Source: Alphaproteobacteria bacterium (GTDB taxonomy: Bacteria; Pseudomonadota; Alphaproteobacteria; Rs-D84; SZUA-605). From it: 64,000 nucleotides of DNA. Positions 18,096 to 28,429 of this stretch are shown piece by piece. Where the stretch lies: the NCBI GenBank assembly GCA_031549385.1, contig JAVBPW010000005.1:64001-128000 (forward strand), written 5' to 3'. Made by a program: the position numbers and the translations under genes. Positions within the stretch are counted from its first letter, which is position 1; the number at the start of each line of letters is the position of its first letter. Below the pieces are notes generated by a model that saw only the letters and a program-made list of their open reading frames with translations, made no database searches and had not been told where the DNA came from.

Positions 18096-18305
18096 TTAAA
18101 ATCCTCTTTCTAATTCTTCTATCTTTGATAAAAGGGAATTGATTATTATTAATGCTTTAGCTTTGCTTCTTTTGAAGTTTTGAATTTGTTCTTTAATTTC
18201 ATCATAATCAGATGTGTCTTCTTTTGGTTTTAAAGAAATTTTTCTTTCAAGTTGTGATAATGAATTTTCAAGAAGTTGTAATGATTGATTTAATTCTTCT
18301 AACAT
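18096..18305 (-). CDS. Small coiled-coil protein upstream of zapA (DUF4164-like)
   Basis: 69-aa heptad-rich ORF in the usual alphaproteobacterial position before zapA. Confidence 0.55.
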   Translation of the reverse strand: MLEELNQSLQLLENSLSQLERKISLKPKEDTSDYDEIKEQIQNFKRSKAKALIIINSLLSKIEELERGF

Positions 18306-19465
18306 TTTTTATCCCATCCTTTTGTTAATAATTCATTATACAAATCTAATGTTTCTTGGCATTTTTCATCCATAGAAAAATATTTTGCACGCTCTTTGCA
18401 ATTTTTTTGTAGTTTCTCGTATTCCTTTGCTGGTAAGTTTAACACATAGTCTAATGCTTTTGCAAGACTTTCTGTGTCATCAGGTTTAATTAACCAGCCT
18501 GACTTGTTCTCTTGGATTATTTCTCTTGGTCCACCTATGTTTGTGCAAATACATGGAACGCCTGTTGCAAATGATTCTACTATTGTTCTTCCAAAAGTTT
18601 CTTCAGTTGTTGCTGCATTAATAGATACATAAGCAAATGGAAATAAATATTCTGGTTGAGATGACATTTGAGAGTTAAAGAAAACTTTGTCTTCAAGTTT
18701 TAAATCTTTTACTAATTTTTTTACTTCATCATAGTACTCTTGATTTTTTAATTTTCCTACATTGATTATGCAGTAATAATTTCCTTTTAATTTTGCCATT
18801 GCTTTTATTATAGTATGTGAACCTTTTACTCGTGAAAAACGAGAAGGATTTACTATTACTTTTGCGTCTTTTGGAATTTTGAAATACTGTCTATATTCTT
18901 CCAATTTTTTCTTGTCTAAATTTTTAGAATCGTATTTTTCAAGGTCTACCCAACGGTAAATTACTTTTAAATTACAAGGTTTTACTCCATAATTCTCAGC
19001 TATAAAATTTTTTGTATATTTAGACGGAGTGATTGTTGGAATACTTGTACACATTATTGAGTTATAATACTTTTTAAAGAATCTTAAAATCGAATTTTTA
19101 GGTAAATTTCCAGCTCCATGAAATGTTGTTAAAAATTTTGCATTTGTTCCTTTTGAGGCCCAATAAGATGCCCATGCTGGAGCTCTTGATCTTGCGTGTA
19201 TTATATCTACATCATAATCTTTGATTAATTGTTTTAATTTTCGAGAATTAAGCCACATTTTAATTGGATTTTTTGAACCAACTTGCATTTGAATATGTTT
19301 TACACCTGTATTATCAAGTTCATGTAACCAAACACCACCATTTGAAATCACTATTGAATTGCAATTATGTTTTGCTAAAAATTTTGAAAGGTCTATTGTG
19401 CCACGTTCTACGCCACCTTGATTTAAAGATGGAAGAACTTGCATGATTGTTAGTTTTTTGTTCAT
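18299..19465 (-). CDS. Glycosyltransferase family 4
   Basis: QVLPSLNQGGVERGT, HARSRAPAW, ETFGRTIVE; ATG at 19465. Confidence 0.92.
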   Translation of the reverse strand: MNKKLTIMQVLPSLNQGGVERGTIDLSKFLAKHNCNSIVISNGGVWLHELDNTGVKHIQMQVGSKNPIKMWLNSRKLKQLIKDYDVDIIHARSRAPAWASYWASKGTNAKFLTTFHGAGNLPKNSILRFFKKYYNSIMCTSIPTITPSKYTKNFIAENYGVKPCNLKVIYRWVDLEKYDSKNLDKKKLEEYRQYFKIPKDAKVIVNPSRFSRVKGSHTIIKAMAKLKGNYYCIINVGKLKNQEYYDEVKKLVKDLKLEDKVFFNSQMSSQPEYLFPFAYVSINAATTEETFGRTIVESFATGVPCICTNIGGPREIIQENKSGWLIKPDDTESLAKALDYVLNLPAKEYEKLQKNCKERAKYFSMDEKCQETLDLYNELLTKGWDKKC

Positions 19466-19466
19466 T

Positions 19467-20375
19467 TTAATTCCCATATGCTTTTGCTTCTTTACCAAAT
19501 GTACCTTTGAAATATCCAAAAGTTTTTGCTATTTTACATAATCTTTTATATAAAGTATGTTTTTGAAAAATACTTATTGGTAATAATACTATATAAAATA
19601 ACATAGCTAAAAGGTTTTGTAAATTTTTTAATATCACTTTTGAGGGTGTATATTTTTTTGTTTTGATTGCTCTGTTGTTACCTATACGAAAATCGCGTTT
19701 TAAAACGTATTTAAGAGTACAGCGTTCTGCTGGAATTATTTCATAAGCAAGAGCTTTTTGATTGTGCAGAATTAATCCTTTAGCATCATAAACTGATTTG
19801 AAAAAATCTGTGTCTTCTCCACCACAAAAATTAAATCGTGGGTCGAATTTTAAATTGTGTTTTCGTACAAAATCTAGATCGAGAGCGAAGTTTCCACCTG
19901 CAGAAGTTTTTAGAGGTCTTTTATCTTCCTTTTTATCTGATAATTTGAAGAATTTTCCCTTAATTATCCATCTTGGACAATTAGCTGGAAGTATTGATAG
20001 TGTTGGACCAGAGGAAACTGTGCAATTATTTTTTATTAAAAATTCTAAATGGTTTTTAATCCAATCTTTTTCTACTACTTCATCATCATCAAATGATAGT
20101 AAATATTTTGCTTTTAAAAGAGTTGCTTCTGATAAAATTTTGTTCCTTACATTTACTAGACCAGGAGATGGTTCGCTTACATAATGAATAGTTGTTTTTA
20201 CATCTCTTTTTAAACTTTCAACTGCATCGTATGCTGATTTTTGTGGATCATTGTCGACTATTAAAATTTCTATGTTTAGATTTGATAGTTCTTTATTGTG
20301 TGATAACGATTCAACTGCCTTTTGAACTCCAAAAGGTCTTTTATATGTTGGAATTGAAATTATTATTTTATCCAT
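19467..20375 (-). CDS. Glycosyltransferase family 2 (ExoM-like)
   Basis: IPTYKRP, IVDND, FDDDE, GGEDTDFF. Confidence 0.9.
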   Translation of the reverse strand: MDKIIISIPTYKRPFGVQKAVESLSHNKELSNLNIEILIVDNDPQKSAYDAVESLKRDVKTTIHYVSEPSPGLVNVRNKILSEATLLKAKYLLSFDDDEVVEKDWIKNHLEFLIKNNCTVSSGPTLSILPANCPRWIIKGKFFKLSDKKEDKRPLKTSAGGNFALDLDFVRKHNLKFDPRFNFCGGEDTDFFKSVYDAKGLILHNQKALAYEIIPAERCTLKYVLKRDFRIGNNRAIKTKKYTPSKVILKNLQNLLAMLFYIVLLPISIFQKHTLYKRLCKIAKTFGYFKGTFGKEAKAYGN

Positions 20376-20376
20376 T

Positions 20377-21189
20377 TTACCACCAAAAGCATTTTACCCA
20401 TAAAGTAGGGCGAATATGTTTATAAATCTTCTTAAATCCTTTTGGATATTTACGATCTGTTTTTGGTCCCCATTGACCTATTACAGCTTCTGCCATGCTT
20501 GGAAGTCCATGGAATGAAATCATTTGAAGTCCATCCCAATTTGGAATTGATGGTGTTATAAACCAACGTAAAATTCCAATTGGCATACAATGAAAACGAA
20601 ATGATGCTACCCAGTTTTCTGGCCAGAAATTTAATTTTCCATATTTTTCTATTACTTTTGCTGATAGGTATTCTTGAGATGCTGTGTAGTACTTTTCAAA
20701 TACTGGTTTTGCATTCTTTTCAAAATATGTTTTTGCAAATCCTAATGTTCCTACTACCCATGAATATAATGATGCTTGTCCAACTGAACCGTCTTTATGT
20801 GCCCAATCTTTAATTATATAAAATTTATCTTCTATTGGGTAAGAAAATAATGGATCTAGGTTTCCTATGATTACTGTATCAAGGTCGAAAAAGAAAACAC
20901 GTTGTCCATTTAATCCACCTAAATTATCGTCGCATAATCCTGCTTCTTTTCTGTATGCCCATTTGCAATCTGCCATGTCCATATGCATAACTGGAAGAGG
21001 ATGAACATTTACATCGCTATCTAATCCTTCTGATACCTCAGTAAAACAATGAAAGTTTACATTGTAGTTAGTATTCCTTTTTATCATATTTTTTAATTTA
21101 TTTACATATTCTGGGCCATATAGTGTTCCCCATTTAATACAAATAACATTTACTTCTTTATCGTTTTTTTTAATTTGATTGTGTGACAT
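20377..21189 (-). CDS. Putative glycosyltransferase (ICxKWG family)
   Basis: VICIKWGTLYGPEYVNKL, DxD motif FFDLDTVI, SFHGLP. Confidence 0.8.
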   Translation of the reverse strand: MSHNQIKKNDKEVNVICIKWGTLYGPEYVNKLKNMIKRNTNYNVNFHCFTEVSEGLDSDVNVHPLPVMHMDMADCKWAYRKEAGLCDDNLGGLNGQRVFFFDLDTVIIGNLDPLFSYPIEDKFYIIKDWAHKDGSVGQASLYSWVVGTLGFAKTYFEKNAKPVFEKYYTASQEYLSAKVIEKYGKLNFWPENWVASFRFHCMPIGILRWFITPSIPNWDGLQMISFHGLPSMAEAVIGQWGPKTDRKYPKGFKKIYKHIRPTLWVKCFWW

Positions 21190-21190
21190 G

Positions 21191-22087
21191 CTATTTCCCT
21201 TTTATTTGTACATATTGAACTTTGTTTTCTCTGTATCCATCAACTCTTCCATGTGTAAAGATTCCTGTTGGAACTGCTATTTTAAAATGTTGATTACGCC
21301 ACCAGTCATTGTTTAAAATTATTTCTGGAACTTGGAACCCATTTAGTGTTCTTGAACTTGGATGTTCATTTATATATTTACAAATTACATTCAAAAAGAA
21401 ATCTCTTTTCATCATGAATGGTTGTTCTGAATAGTTTATGCAACATGAGTCAACTATAAATGTGTCGTCTATTTTCTTTATGTATTTTGGAAACAATAGA
21501 GCAGGATTGTCTTCAATGAAAACGGAACGTCCTAATAACTTTTTTGCTTTTGATGGGCGAATTAATCTTTTGAAAAATTTAAGTGGATTGTATTTTAAAT
21601 CTTTTTCACATATAGGGTGAGCTTGAGTTATAAATCTTTTAGATATTTTTTGAACATTATAATATTTTAAATACTTTTTTACATCAGAAAAAGATTCACC
21701 AACTTGATAGCGGTGGCGGAGGCGGACTATATCAGCTTGTCCTGTTTTTAACAAATTTTCAGCAAAATCAAGTTGTTCTTTTATTTCTTTTTTATCTTGA
21801 ACATATAATGGACAATCATTTTGAAGTATTACTATATAATCTGTGTTTAAACTTTGTGCTATATTTTCTTCTGCTACAAAACATAGATTTCTTTCATCCC
21901 CAAATGGTGTGTAACCATATTTTTTTGCTATTTTATCGTCTTCCTCAGTTCTTTCGTTAAACCATATGATTTTTTCATCAAAAAATGATGTTAATTGTCC
22001 TTCTTCGTATGAATTTAGTGTGGAAATTAGAGTTTGGTGAGATTTCCAGCTTAAAATGCCTACACCTTTTGTTTTTTTATTTTGCAA
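21191..22087 (-). CDS. Hypothetical GT-A-fold protein
   Basis: First gene of the glycosyltransferase operon; ILQND motif; GGAG Shine-Dalgarno before a TTG start. Confidence 0.6.
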   Translation of the reverse strand: MQNKKTKGVGILSWKSHQTLISTLNSYEEGQLTSFFDEKIIWFNERTEEDDKIAKKYGYTPFGDERNLCFVAEENIAQSLNTDYIVILQNDCPLYVQDKKEIKEQLDFAENLLKTGQADIVRLRHRYQVGESFSDVKKYLKYYNVQKISKRFITQAHPICEKDLKYNPLKFFKRLIRPSKAKKLLGRSVFIEDNPALLFPKYIKKIDDTFIVDSCCINYSEQPFMMKRDFFLNVICKYINEHPSSRTLNGFQVPEIILNNDWWRNQHFKIAVPTGIFTHGRVDGYRENKVQYVQIKGK

Positions 22088-22172
22088 GCTATCTCTCCTT
22101 TTTCTTGAAAATATATAATTCTGAGTATAGAATGAATTGGTAAAAAATCAATATAAAAAAGGTTTTTAGATT

Positions 22173-23516
22173 ATGTTTGAAAATTTAACAAAAAAAATTA
22201 GTGGTATTTTTAATGTTTTTGCTTCTTCTACTATTACAGAGGAAGTGTTGGAAAAGGCTTTGAGAGAAATAAAAATTGCTCTTTTGGAAGCTGATACTTC
22301 TTTGGAAGTTGTTAAAAGTATTATAGATGAGATAAAAGAGAAAACTTTGGGAACTTCTGCAGTTAAGGGAGTGGATAGAGCTGATTACATCATAAAAGTT
22401 GTTAATGATGCATTAGTCGAGAAACTGGGTTCAGAAAATAATGAACTTAATTTGTCTGGAAAACCTGCTGTTATATTGATGGTTGGGTTACAAGGTAGTG
22501 GAAAGACTACAACTGCTGGAAAACTGGCTAATTTTTTGAAAACTAAAAAAGATAAAAAGGTTTTACTTGCTTCAACTGACATTTATAGACCTCAAGCTCG
22601 TGAACAATTGTCTATATTGGCTGAGAGAGCAGGTGTTGAGAGTTTAGAAATCAAAGAAAAAGAAAGTGTTGAAGATATTACTAAGAGGGCTCTAAAATCT
22701 GGAAAAGATTATGATTGTTTGATTATTGATACAGCGGGACGATTGCAAATTGATGATGCTATGATGAAAGAAATAGCAGAAATAAAGAAGATTAGTAAGC
22801 CTGATAACGTTGTTTTATGTGTTGATGCTGTTATGGGACAGGAAAGTGTTAATGTTGCTAAAGCTTTTCATGATGCGCTAAATATTACTGGGATTATTAT
22901 GACACGCGCAGATGGTGATGCGAGAGGTGGTGCATTGCTTTCTATGAAAATGGTTTCTGGGGCTAGTATCTTATTCCTTGGAGTTGGAGAAAAGATTTCT
23001 GATTTGGAAGTTTTCCACAGAGAACGTATGGCGCAAAGAATTCTTGGAATGGGGGATATTGTTTCCCTTGTTGAACAGGCTCAAGAAAAAATGGACAGTC
23101 AGGAAGTTGAAAAAGTTTCAAATCGTATGATGTCTGGACAATTTGACTTTAATGATATGCTATCTCAATTTAAACAAATGAAAAAAATGGGCAATATTAA
23201 AGGAATTTTAAAGTATATTCCTGGAATTTCTGGAGTGATGGATAAGATTAATTCTATGGGGCTTGCTGATGATAATACATTTAAGAAACAGGAAGCTATT
23301 ATATTGTCTATGACTGAGAAGGAAAGGGCTAACCCAAAGTTGCTTTATTTATCACGTAAAGAAAGGATTGCTAAAGGATCTGGGACTTCACTTAAAGATG
23401 TTGATTCTTTGATTAAACAATATGAAAAAATGCGTGATATGATGAATAAAATGAATTCATTAGGCGGAATTGAAGGTATGCAAAAAATGATGGAAGAAAT
23501 GCAGAATAAGAAATAA
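22173..23516 (+). CDS. ffh: Signal recognition particle protein Ffh
   Basis: GLQGSGKTTT, DTAGRL, RILGMGD and a Met-rich M domain. Confidence 0.97.
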   Translation: MFENLTKKISGIFNVFASSTITEEVLEKALREIKIALLEADTSLEVVKSIIDEIKEKTLGTSAVKGVDRADYIIKVVNDALVEKLGSENNELNLSGKPAVILMVGLQGSGKTTTAGKLANFLKTKKDKKVLLASTDIYRPQAREQLSILAERAGVESLEIKEKESVEDITKRALKSGKDYDCLIIDTAGRLQIDDAMMKEIAEIKKISKPDNVVLCVDAVMGQESVNVAKAFHDALNITGIIMTRADGDARGGALLSMKMVSGASILFLGVGEKISDLEVFHRERMAQRILGMGDIVSLVEQAQEKMDSQEVEKVSNRMMSGQFDFNDMLSQFKQMKKMGNIKGILKYIPGISGVMDKINSMGLADDNTFKKQEAIILSMTEKERANPKLLYLSRKERIAKGSGTSLKDVDSLIKQYEKMRDMMNKMNSLGGIEGMQKMMEEMQNKK

Positions 23517-24785
23517 TTATCTTTCTTTTTCTTGTTGGTTTTCTTTATGCGTTTTGATGTTTTCTAATATATTTAAAAGAACTAAAGCTTTTTGCAATTT
23601 TTGTTTTTCTTTCTTTCGTTTTATATAATTTGCATTGTTTATTCGATTTCTTTCTTTGAGTGCTTCTGCTTGTTCAGGTGTCATATTTGCTTTTCTTTTA
23701 TTATAACTTTCTTTTTTGCTTTTGCTAACTTTTTCTTTATTGTTTTCACGATAGTTTTTTTCATATTGTAGTCTAGATTCCAAGTTGTCTTGTCTGTATT
23801 GTTCTTGATATTCAGCTATTTGTTCAAAATGATTTTTATAGTATTTTTTGTTTACTTTATCAACTTTACTTTTGTTGTTTTTATAATAATTTACTTTGTA
23901 ATTATGAGATTCTTCCTTGTGTTGATTTTCGTATTCTCTTTGTTTCAAAATAAGAGCTTCTCTGTTTTTCTTATAATACTTTTTTCTACGAATTGTTTTT
24001 TCTAATTCTTTTATTTCATCTAATATTTTTATAGATAAATTGATTTTGTACTTATTTTTTAAGTAAATTACTTTCTTTCTTAAAGAAATTATATTTTTAT
24101 TAATTGTTCTATAATTTTTTTCATATTGTAACAAAAATTCAAGATTTTCCTGCCTGTATTCTTTTCTGTAAGTAGTCATTTTTTCTGGATTTTCTTGTGC
24201 GTATTTTTTTGACCTTTGTGCATAAGCATCTTTGTTATTTATGTAATGATTGTGTCTTTTTTCTTTTAAAGCTTCTTTATTATTTTCTCTGTAATTTTTT
24301 CCGTGTTCTTTAATTTTTTCTTTTATTTCTCTGTTTTTCTTTTGAATTCTGCTATTTGTTTGTATTTCTACTTTTTTTTCATCTGTTTCGTAAAGATATG
24401 ACTTTCTGTTTAATTCTATTTTAGAACTTAAATATTTTACTTTGCTTGCAGTTATTGGAATTGGAGATGATGCTGCTATTAATTCACAAAGGTTTTCAGA
24501 AAGGAAAACTTTTTCATTTAAAATATCAAGAAAGGCTTTTTCAGAGAAAATGTTTTCTAAATTTTCAGATTTGAGGAAGTCTGAAATTGATTTTTCTTTA
24601 GATGAATCATATAAATACCACTCTGTGAACAGTTCAGGAAGAGAATTTATTGATTTACGAACACTTTCTTTTGAAATATAAATACTATTAAAACCACTTG
24701 TAAATTCTTGATAAACTGAATCATTTGAAGAAGTAGTTTCTTCAAATATATCTAATATTTCAGTGTCTAAATTATCATAAGGCAT
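23517..24785 (-). CDS. Orphan protein with approximately 15-aa Y-x-x-x-N-K-E repeats
   Basis: Repeats such as YRENNKE, YRQENLE and YKKNRE; no catalytic motif seen. Confidence 0.65.
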   Translation of the reverse strand: MPYDNLDTEILDIFEETTSSNDSVYQEFTSGFNSIYISKESVRKSINSLPELFTEWYLYDSSKEKSISDFLKSENLENIFSEKAFLDILNEKVFLSENLCELIAASSPIPITASKVKYLSSKIELNRKSYLYETDEKKVEIQTNSRIQKKNREIKEKIKEHGKNYRENNKEALKEKRHNHYINNKDAYAQRSKKYAQENPEKMTTYRKEYRQENLEFLLQYEKNYRTINKNIISLRKKVIYLKNKYKINLSIKILDEIKELEKTIRRKKYYKKNREALILKQREYENQHKEESHNYKVNYYKNNKSKVDKVNKKYYKNHFEQIAEYQEQYRQDNLESRLQYEKNYRENNKEKVSKSKKESYNKRKANMTPEQAEALKERNRINNANYIKRKKEKQKLQKALVLLNILENIKTHKENQQEKER

Positions 24786-24917
24786 TAAAATTCCTTTATA
24801 TTTTATATAAAAGATAATAAATATTAATTATTTGTCAAGTTTTATTTGATTGATTATAGAAAATGGTGTGTTAATAATTGATTTAACAAATAAAAATCAA
24901 ATTTAATAAATACTTAT

Positions 24918-25670
24918 ATGAAAAATGTTATAATTGTTGGATTTGGCAGCATGGGAAAAATGATTGCCAAGAATATCTATGAGTCTGAAGATTTTAAACT
25001 CATTGATATTGTTGATCCGGAAAAAATTGAGCAAACCATTTATGGGCTGAAAGTGAAAGAAAGTATTCATGATACAGATTATGATAAAGCAAATTTGGTT
25101 ATTGATGCTAGTTTACCCAAATGTGTGTTTGAAAATTGTTTACAGTCTATTGGACTTGGGCTTGAAGTTTTGGTTGTTGCCACTGGTTTGAGTAAAGAAC
25201 AAGTTGATGAATTGGGAAAATCAAAAAGAATATTTATTTCATCAAATTATTCGATTGGAATGAATATGTTGTTCAAATCGGTTCGTCAATTAGCCCCGTT
25301 ATATGCTTATGTGGAAATTATGGAGACTCATGCAGATACAAAAGCTGAAGTGCCTTCTGGGACGGCTATTACAACATCTCGAATATTGGTAGAAGCAAAC
25401 CCTGAACTAGCCAACAGAGTTTATAAAGGTGTTGAATTATATCCTGGTTCTCTTGGGGCAAATGTCAATGGTATTCGTGTTTGTGCTCGTCGGGTTCCTC
25501 CCGGGTATCCTACCGTGCAAACTGTGAAGTTTTATTCAACAAGCGGTGAAACGTTTGAGTTGCATCATGAGGTTTTGGGGCGGGAGTCTTATTGGGATGG
25601 TATTAAAATTGCTGCTGAACATTTGCTCGAAAATGGGGGGTTTTACAGGAGCCTTGAAGAAATCCTGTAA
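24918..25670 (+). CDS. Divergent DapB-like (4-hydroxy-tetrahydrodipicolinate reductase family) protein
   Basis: GFGSMG Rossmann motif, VATG, SSNYSIG, ETHADTKAEVPSGTA. Confidence 0.8.
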   Translation: MKNVIIVGFGSMGKMIAKNIYESEDFKLIDIVDPEKIEQTIYGLKVKESIHDTDYDKANLVIDASLPKCVFENCLQSIGLGLEVLVVATGLSKEQVDELGKSKRIFISSNYSIGMNMLFKSVRQLAPLYAYVEIMETHADTKAEVPSGTAITTSRILVEANPELANRVYKGVELYPGSLGANVNGIRVCARRVPPGYPTVQTVKFYSTSGETFELHHEVLGRESYWDGIKIAAEHLLENGGFYRSLEEIL

Positions 25671-25710
25671 CTTGTTACGCTATAAATTAAGGCCTCTTTC
25701 GAGGCCTTTT

Positions 25711-26937
25711 TTAATCATATAAATTTTGAGTTGAGGAAGATTGTTTGTTTAAATCTTTTCCACGAAGTTTTGCTCTTTTATTTATTTCTATTTGAACCTT
25801 TGCTTGAATAGATTCAATTATTTCTGGTTTGTTAGCAAAACGTGTATTCATTTGATTTGTTTCTCTTACGCATTGTGTTTGTATAATATTGTCTATTTCT
25901 GATTGGAAAGAACAATTGCTCCAATTTAAATCACAGATTTCTGCTACACATGTTACTATTTTATCTGTGTATTCTTTAATGTCTGCATCTTCCATATCGT
26001 CTGATAATTTTTGAACGGTTCTTAAAGTTGCTGAGAAATTACCGTTTACACTTGTTAGTAAATCTTGAAATGCTAATTCAAAGTTTTCTTTTCCACATTT
26101 TTGACCTATTTCAGCAAAAACACGAGTTTTACGGTCTTGGAAATTTTTTTGAACTTCTTTTTTACATGTGTCTTCTGAATTTACACTTGTGCATTTAATA
26201 CAATTCTTATAATCAAATCCACTGCATTCACGAACATAGAATTCTTTTAATTTGTTTGAACATGTTAGAATATTATATGATCCGCCAATTGCTAAATCTT
26301 TGTATGATTTTTTCATTTTTTTAGCTTGCATATTGTCATATGCTATTGTTTCTTCTTCTTTATTTAAGTGGTCTAAATAATCATTACATGTATCGTTGAT
26401 TCTTGATTTATAGCTTTCTAAAATCTTTGTTGCATTTGTGCTTGAACATGATTTTGCTATTTTCTCACATGCATTTTTTGCTTTTGTGTATAATGATGTA
26501 CCTTTTTCAAGAAAATCACCAGTTTTTCCAGCTGTGTTTATTGTTATAGCACTGTATGTCATTTCAAATTCTTCATCATCATCACCCCAAGCTCCTGCTT
26601 GTTTTAATGTAGCTTTTTGAGTTTTTAATTTTGGAATGTCTGTATTTATTATTTTTTCTGTTTCTTCTTGCATTTTTAATAGTTTGCTTCTTTTTGGCAT
26701 GATTGTATTTTCAAAGTATGAAGCACAGATACAACGTCCTGTTTTAGAGTTATTACAAATTTCATCCATACAATCTGTAACTTTTTCTAAACAGAGGGCG
26801 TCTTGTTGGATATCAAGTGAAACACTATCAAAAGCATTTTGAATTTTTGCTTTTTTTGCTTCTATATCAACTAAATCATCAGCTGCAAATGAATAAGAGC
26901 TCGCAATTAATGTCAATAATAATAGAATTTTCTTCAT
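25711..26937 (-). CDS. Secreted Cys-rich hypothetical protein
   Basis: Signal peptide ending SYSFA; about 18 Cys. Confidence 0.7.
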   Translation of the reverse strand: MKKILLLLTLIASSYSFAADDLVDIEAKKAKIQNAFDSVSLDIQQDALCLEKVTDCMDEICNNSKTGRCICASYFENTIMPKRSKLLKMQEETEKIINTDIPKLKTQKATLKQAGAWGDDDEEFEMTYSAITINTAGKTGDFLEKGTSLYTKAKNACEKIAKSCSSTNATKILESYKSRINDTCNDYLDHLNKEEETIAYDNMQAKKMKKSYKDLAIGGSYNILTCSNKLKEFYVRECSGFDYKNCIKCTSVNSEDTCKKEVQKNFQDRKTRVFAEIGQKCGKENFELAFQDLLTSVNGNFSATLRTVQKLSDDMEDADIKEYTDKIVTCVAEICDLNWSNCSFQSEIDNIIQTQCVRETNQMNTRFANKPEIIESIQAKVQIEINKRAKLRGKDLNKQSSSTQNLYD

Positions 26938-27078
26938 GTTTCCTTCCTCACTTTGCTTAGTATATCACAAAATTGATTTAAAAAAAAGTGTTTTTTGTTT
27001 GAGATTTGTTTTTTTATATCTATATAAGTTATATAGTTTAGAGTATAATTAATGTGTAGTAAAAAAAGGAGTAATGTT

Positions 27079-27396
27079 ATGTCTATATTTAATATTTCAG
27101 GGTCTTTTGATTTAGGGTCTTTAGCAGAATTAACAAAAATGGAGGTTGAACAACATCTTTTTAAATATGGTGAAAAAAAACCAGAAAAAGTAACGGTGGT
27201 TTATAAAAAAGAACATAAAGGTGACTTTTCTTGCCATATGTTAATTAGATCTATGAATAAAGAATTTATTGCAGAAGAAATTGCAGTTGATCCGAAAGTA
27301 GCTTTGGGACATGCATTGGAAAATATGGAAAAACAACTTAGACGTCATCATGACAAGATTTATAATCGTAAAGAAATAAAACGTGAAGTTGTTTAA
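27079..27396 (+). CDS. hpf: Ribosome hibernation promoting factor (HPF/RaiA)
   Basis: NISG..DLG.L...MEKQLRRHHDKI; AGGAG Shine-Dalgarno before ATG 27079. Confidence 0.8.
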   Translation: MSIFNISGSFDLGSLAELTKMEVEQHLFKYGEKKPEKVTVVYKKEHKGDFSCHMLIRSMNKEFIAEEIAVDPKVALGHALENMEKQLRRHHDKIYNRKEIKREVV

Positions 27397-27473
27397 AACA
27401 ATTAAGAAAAAAATAGGCTTGATAAAAGCCTATTTTTCTTTATAATAAGTATTATCAGAGAAAAGGAAGTCAT

Positions 27474-28325
27474 ATGAATCAACAAACATTTAAAGAAGCT
27501 TTTCAAATTGAAGGTATTGGACTACATTCAGGAAAACCTGTGGTTTTAAAATTTAAACCAGCAGATTTTGATTTTGGAATTAAATTCAAAAGAATTGATT
27601 TGAAAGATCAACCTTTGATTCCTGCACTTTATTCTTCTGTTATTAATACTAAAATGTCTACTTTAGTTGGAACTTCTGCTGAAAATAGTGTTTCTACTAT
27701 TGAACATCTTATGGCTGCTCTTTGGGCCTATGGGGTGGATAATTGTGAAATAGAAATAGAATCTGTGGAAATTCCTATTATGGATGGTGGATCTTCTGCT
27801 TTTATTGAAGAATTTAAAAAAATTGGTCTTGTTGATCAAGGAGTGGCTCGAAAATATCTTAAAATCAAAAAAGAAGTTTCTTTTTCTGATGAACGTGCAA
27901 CTGTTAAGTTTTTACCTTTGAAAGAAGGTTTCGAAATTAAAACTTATATTAATTTTGAACGTAAGATGGTTGGAGAACAACAATTTGAATCTAAAATTGA
28001 TGGCAGAATTTTCGAAAAAGAAGTTGGTCCTGCTCGTACTCATGGACATGTCGATGATCATGAAAAGTTGAAATCTATGGGGCTTGCTAAAGGGGCTAGC
28101 TTGGATAATTTACTTGTTTATGATGATGAATCTATTCTTTCAACTGAAAAATTACGCTTTGTTAATGAAGTTGTAAGACATACTACACTTGATGCTATTG
28201 GTGATTTGTATACATCAGGTTATTTTATAATTGGCAGATATGAAACTTCAAAAGGTGGGCACTATTATAATAATATGGTGCTTAGAAAACTTTTCGAAGA
28301 TCCGTCAAATTATGAAATAGTTTAA
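27474..28325 (+). CDS. lpxC: UDP-3-O-acyl-GlcNAc deacetylase LpxC (divergent active site)
   Basis: GIGLHSG, TIEHLMAAL, EIPIMDG, RHTTLDAIGDL, GGH. Confidence 0.9.
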   Translation: MNQQTFKEAFQIEGIGLHSGKPVVLKFKPADFDFGIKFKRIDLKDQPLIPALYSSVINTKMSTLVGTSAENSVSTIEHLMAALWAYGVDNCEIEIESVEIPIMDGGSSAFIEEFKKIGLVDQGVARKYLKIKKEVSFSDERATVKFLPLKEGFEIKTYINFERKMVGEQQFESKIDGRIFEKEVGPARTHGHVDDHEKLKSMGLAKGASLDNLLVYDDESILSTEKLRFVNEVVRHTTLDAIGDLYTSGYFIIGRYETSKGGHYYNNMVLRKLFEDPSNYEIV

Positions 28326-28429
28326 TAAATTTCAAATTATTTTAACTTTTCGCTTTTATTAGACCTAATTTTGTGATATTATTAACTCACGAATATATTT
28401 TTAGGGCCTTTTTAGGGGAGGGGTTCAAG

